DNA of 64,000 nt from Hormiphora californensis (taxonomy: Eukaryota > Animalia > Ctenophora), in NCBI GenBank assembly GCA_020137815.1, contig CM035362.1, positions 2,480,001 through 2,544,000 on the forward strand, read 5' to 3'. The position numbers and the translations under genes were made by a program. Shown here piece after piece: positions 62,368 through 64,000 of this stretch. The first letter of the stretch is position 1; each line of letters begins with the position of its first letter. The notes under the pieces are model-generated. The model saw only the letters and a program-made list of their open reading frames with translations. It made no database searches and had not been told where the DNA came from.

Positions 62368-64000
62368 GGTAAGTCGGAAGAACCTGTCCGTTCCTCTCAT
62401 GAGCGCTCATGAGTGTATCATGAGTGTGTCATGAGTGTATCATGAGTGTATCATGAGCGCTCATGAGACGTTTTTAGGTGTTTCAACGTCTCATGAGCGC
62501 TCATGAGTGTATCATGAGTGTGTCATGAGTGTATCATGAGCGCTCATGAGTGCTCATGAGACCTTGCTCATGAGCGCTCATGAGACATATGTCTCATCCC
62601 ATCTCTGTTTCAATGTCTCATGAGCGCTCATGAGACGTTTTGACCTACATGTGCTCATGAGTGTATCATGAGACATGTCTCATGAGACGTTAGGGTTAGG
62701 GTTATGGTTGGGTTTAGGGTTGGGCTAGGGTTAGGGCTTTCCTTTAGGTCTAGGGACCCGTAGGGACAGGGTTAGGGTTGACCCATAGGCTTGGACCTAG
62801 CCCTACCCTCTACGGGTCCCTAGACCTAAAGGAAAGCCCTAACCCTAGCCGGTAAGTCGGAAGAACCTGTCCGTTCCTCTCATGAGCGCTCATGAGTGTA
62901 TCATGAGTGTGTCATGAGTGTATCATGAGTGTATCATGAGCGCTCATGAGACGTTTTTAGGTGTTTCAACGTCTCATGAGCGCTCATGAGTGTATCATGA
63001 GTGTGTCATGAGTGTATCATGAGCGCTCATGAGTGCTCATGAGACCTTGCTCATGAGCGCTCATGAGACATATGTCTCATCCCATCTCTGTTTCAATGCC
63101 TCATGAGCGCTCATGAGACGTTTTGACCTACATGTGCTCATGAGTGTATCATGAGACATGTCTCATGAGACATATGTCTCATGAGACGTTAGGGTTAGGG
63201 TTATGGTTGGGTTTAGGGTTGGGCTAGGGTTAGGGCTTTCCTTTAGGTCTAGGGACCCGTAGGGATAGGGTTAGGGTTGACCCATAGGCTTGGACCTAGC
63301 CCTACCCTCTACGGGTCCCTAGACCTAAAGGAAAGCCCTAACCCTAGCCCAACCCTAAACCCAACCATAACCCTAACCCTAACGTCTCATGAGACATATG
63401 TCTCATGAGACATGTGCTCATGATACACTCATGAGCACATGTAGGTCAAAACGTCTCATGAGCGCTCATGAGACATTGAAACAGAGATGGGATGAGACAT
63501 ATGTCTCATGAGCGCTCATGAGCAAGGTCTCATGAGCACTCATGAGCGCTCATGATACACTCATGACACACTCATGATACACTCATGAGCGCTCATGAGA
63601 CGTTGAAACACCTAAAAACGTCTCATGAGCGCTCATGATACACTCATGATACACTCATGACACACTCATGATACACTCATGAGCGCTCATGAGAGGAACG
63701 GACAGGTTCTTCCGACTTACCCCCTAGCCCAACCCTAAACCCAACCATAACCCTAACCCTAACGTCTCATGAGACATATGTCTCATGAGACATGTCTCAT
63801 GATACACTCATGAGCACATGTAGGTCAAAACGTCTCATGAGCGCTCATGAGACATTGAAACAGAGATGGGATGAGACATATGTCTCATGAGCGCTCATGA
63901 GCAAGGTCTCATGAGCACTCATGAGCGCTCATGATACACTCATGACACACTCATGACACACTCATGAGCGCTCATGAGACGTTGAAACACCTAAAAACGT
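62368..64000. mobile_element. Outer Merlin-like palindromic element (runs off the window)
   Basis: Starts GGTAAGTCGGAAGAACCTGTCCG. It is interrupted after 62850 by a near-identical element and resumes at 63722. Confidence 0.85.
62851..63721. mobile_element. Inner 871-bp Merlin-like palindromic element with TCATGAG arrays and TTAGGG-like repeats
   Basis: GGTAAGTCGGAAG...CTTCCGACTTACC termini. 8-bp TSD CCCTAGCC (62843-62850 and 63722-63729). Confidence 0.92.

Noticed and set aside
62690-62740. True telomere or chromosome fusion site
   Set aside because: The TTAGGG runs are short, degenerate and internal to a TIR element bounded by a TSD.

Overview
Eukaryotic, intron-rich animal DNA with short GT-AG introns, many (CT)n/(AG)n tracts and dense MITE/foldback insertions. 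It is probably a pleurobrachiid ctenophore; this is inferred from my unverified recollection of the 109-bp 'CAGGAACCGACCG' MITE in Pleurobrachia gene models. Genes assembled by hand, in order: the 3' part of a large coiled-coil protein (+), an intronless BTB-like ORF (+), Rab18 (+), a divergent class C GPCR (+) with a full 7SL/SRP RNA gene antisense in one intron, a frameshifted intronless MFS transporter (-), a low-complexity death-domain protein (+), and an endosomal NHE6/7/9-type Na+/H+ exchanger (+). Mobile DNA: two ~1.55-kb fully palindromic Tc1/mariner-like foldbacks, a poly-G/poly-C foldback, hAT-like elements, mini-MITEs, and a Merlin-like palindromic element with telomere-like repeats inserted into a copy of itself. 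Most notable: (1) tandem amplification of splice junctions at four sites in three genes, three of them regenerating AG|GT or AG|GC sites; (2) a cryptic alternative N-terminal exon pair inside an NHE intron; (3) phase-matched alternative last exons that include or omit the death domain; (4) two MITE insertions at the same offset from GTAGGT donors. All gene models are manual, with no expression data. Some indels may be sequencing errors.
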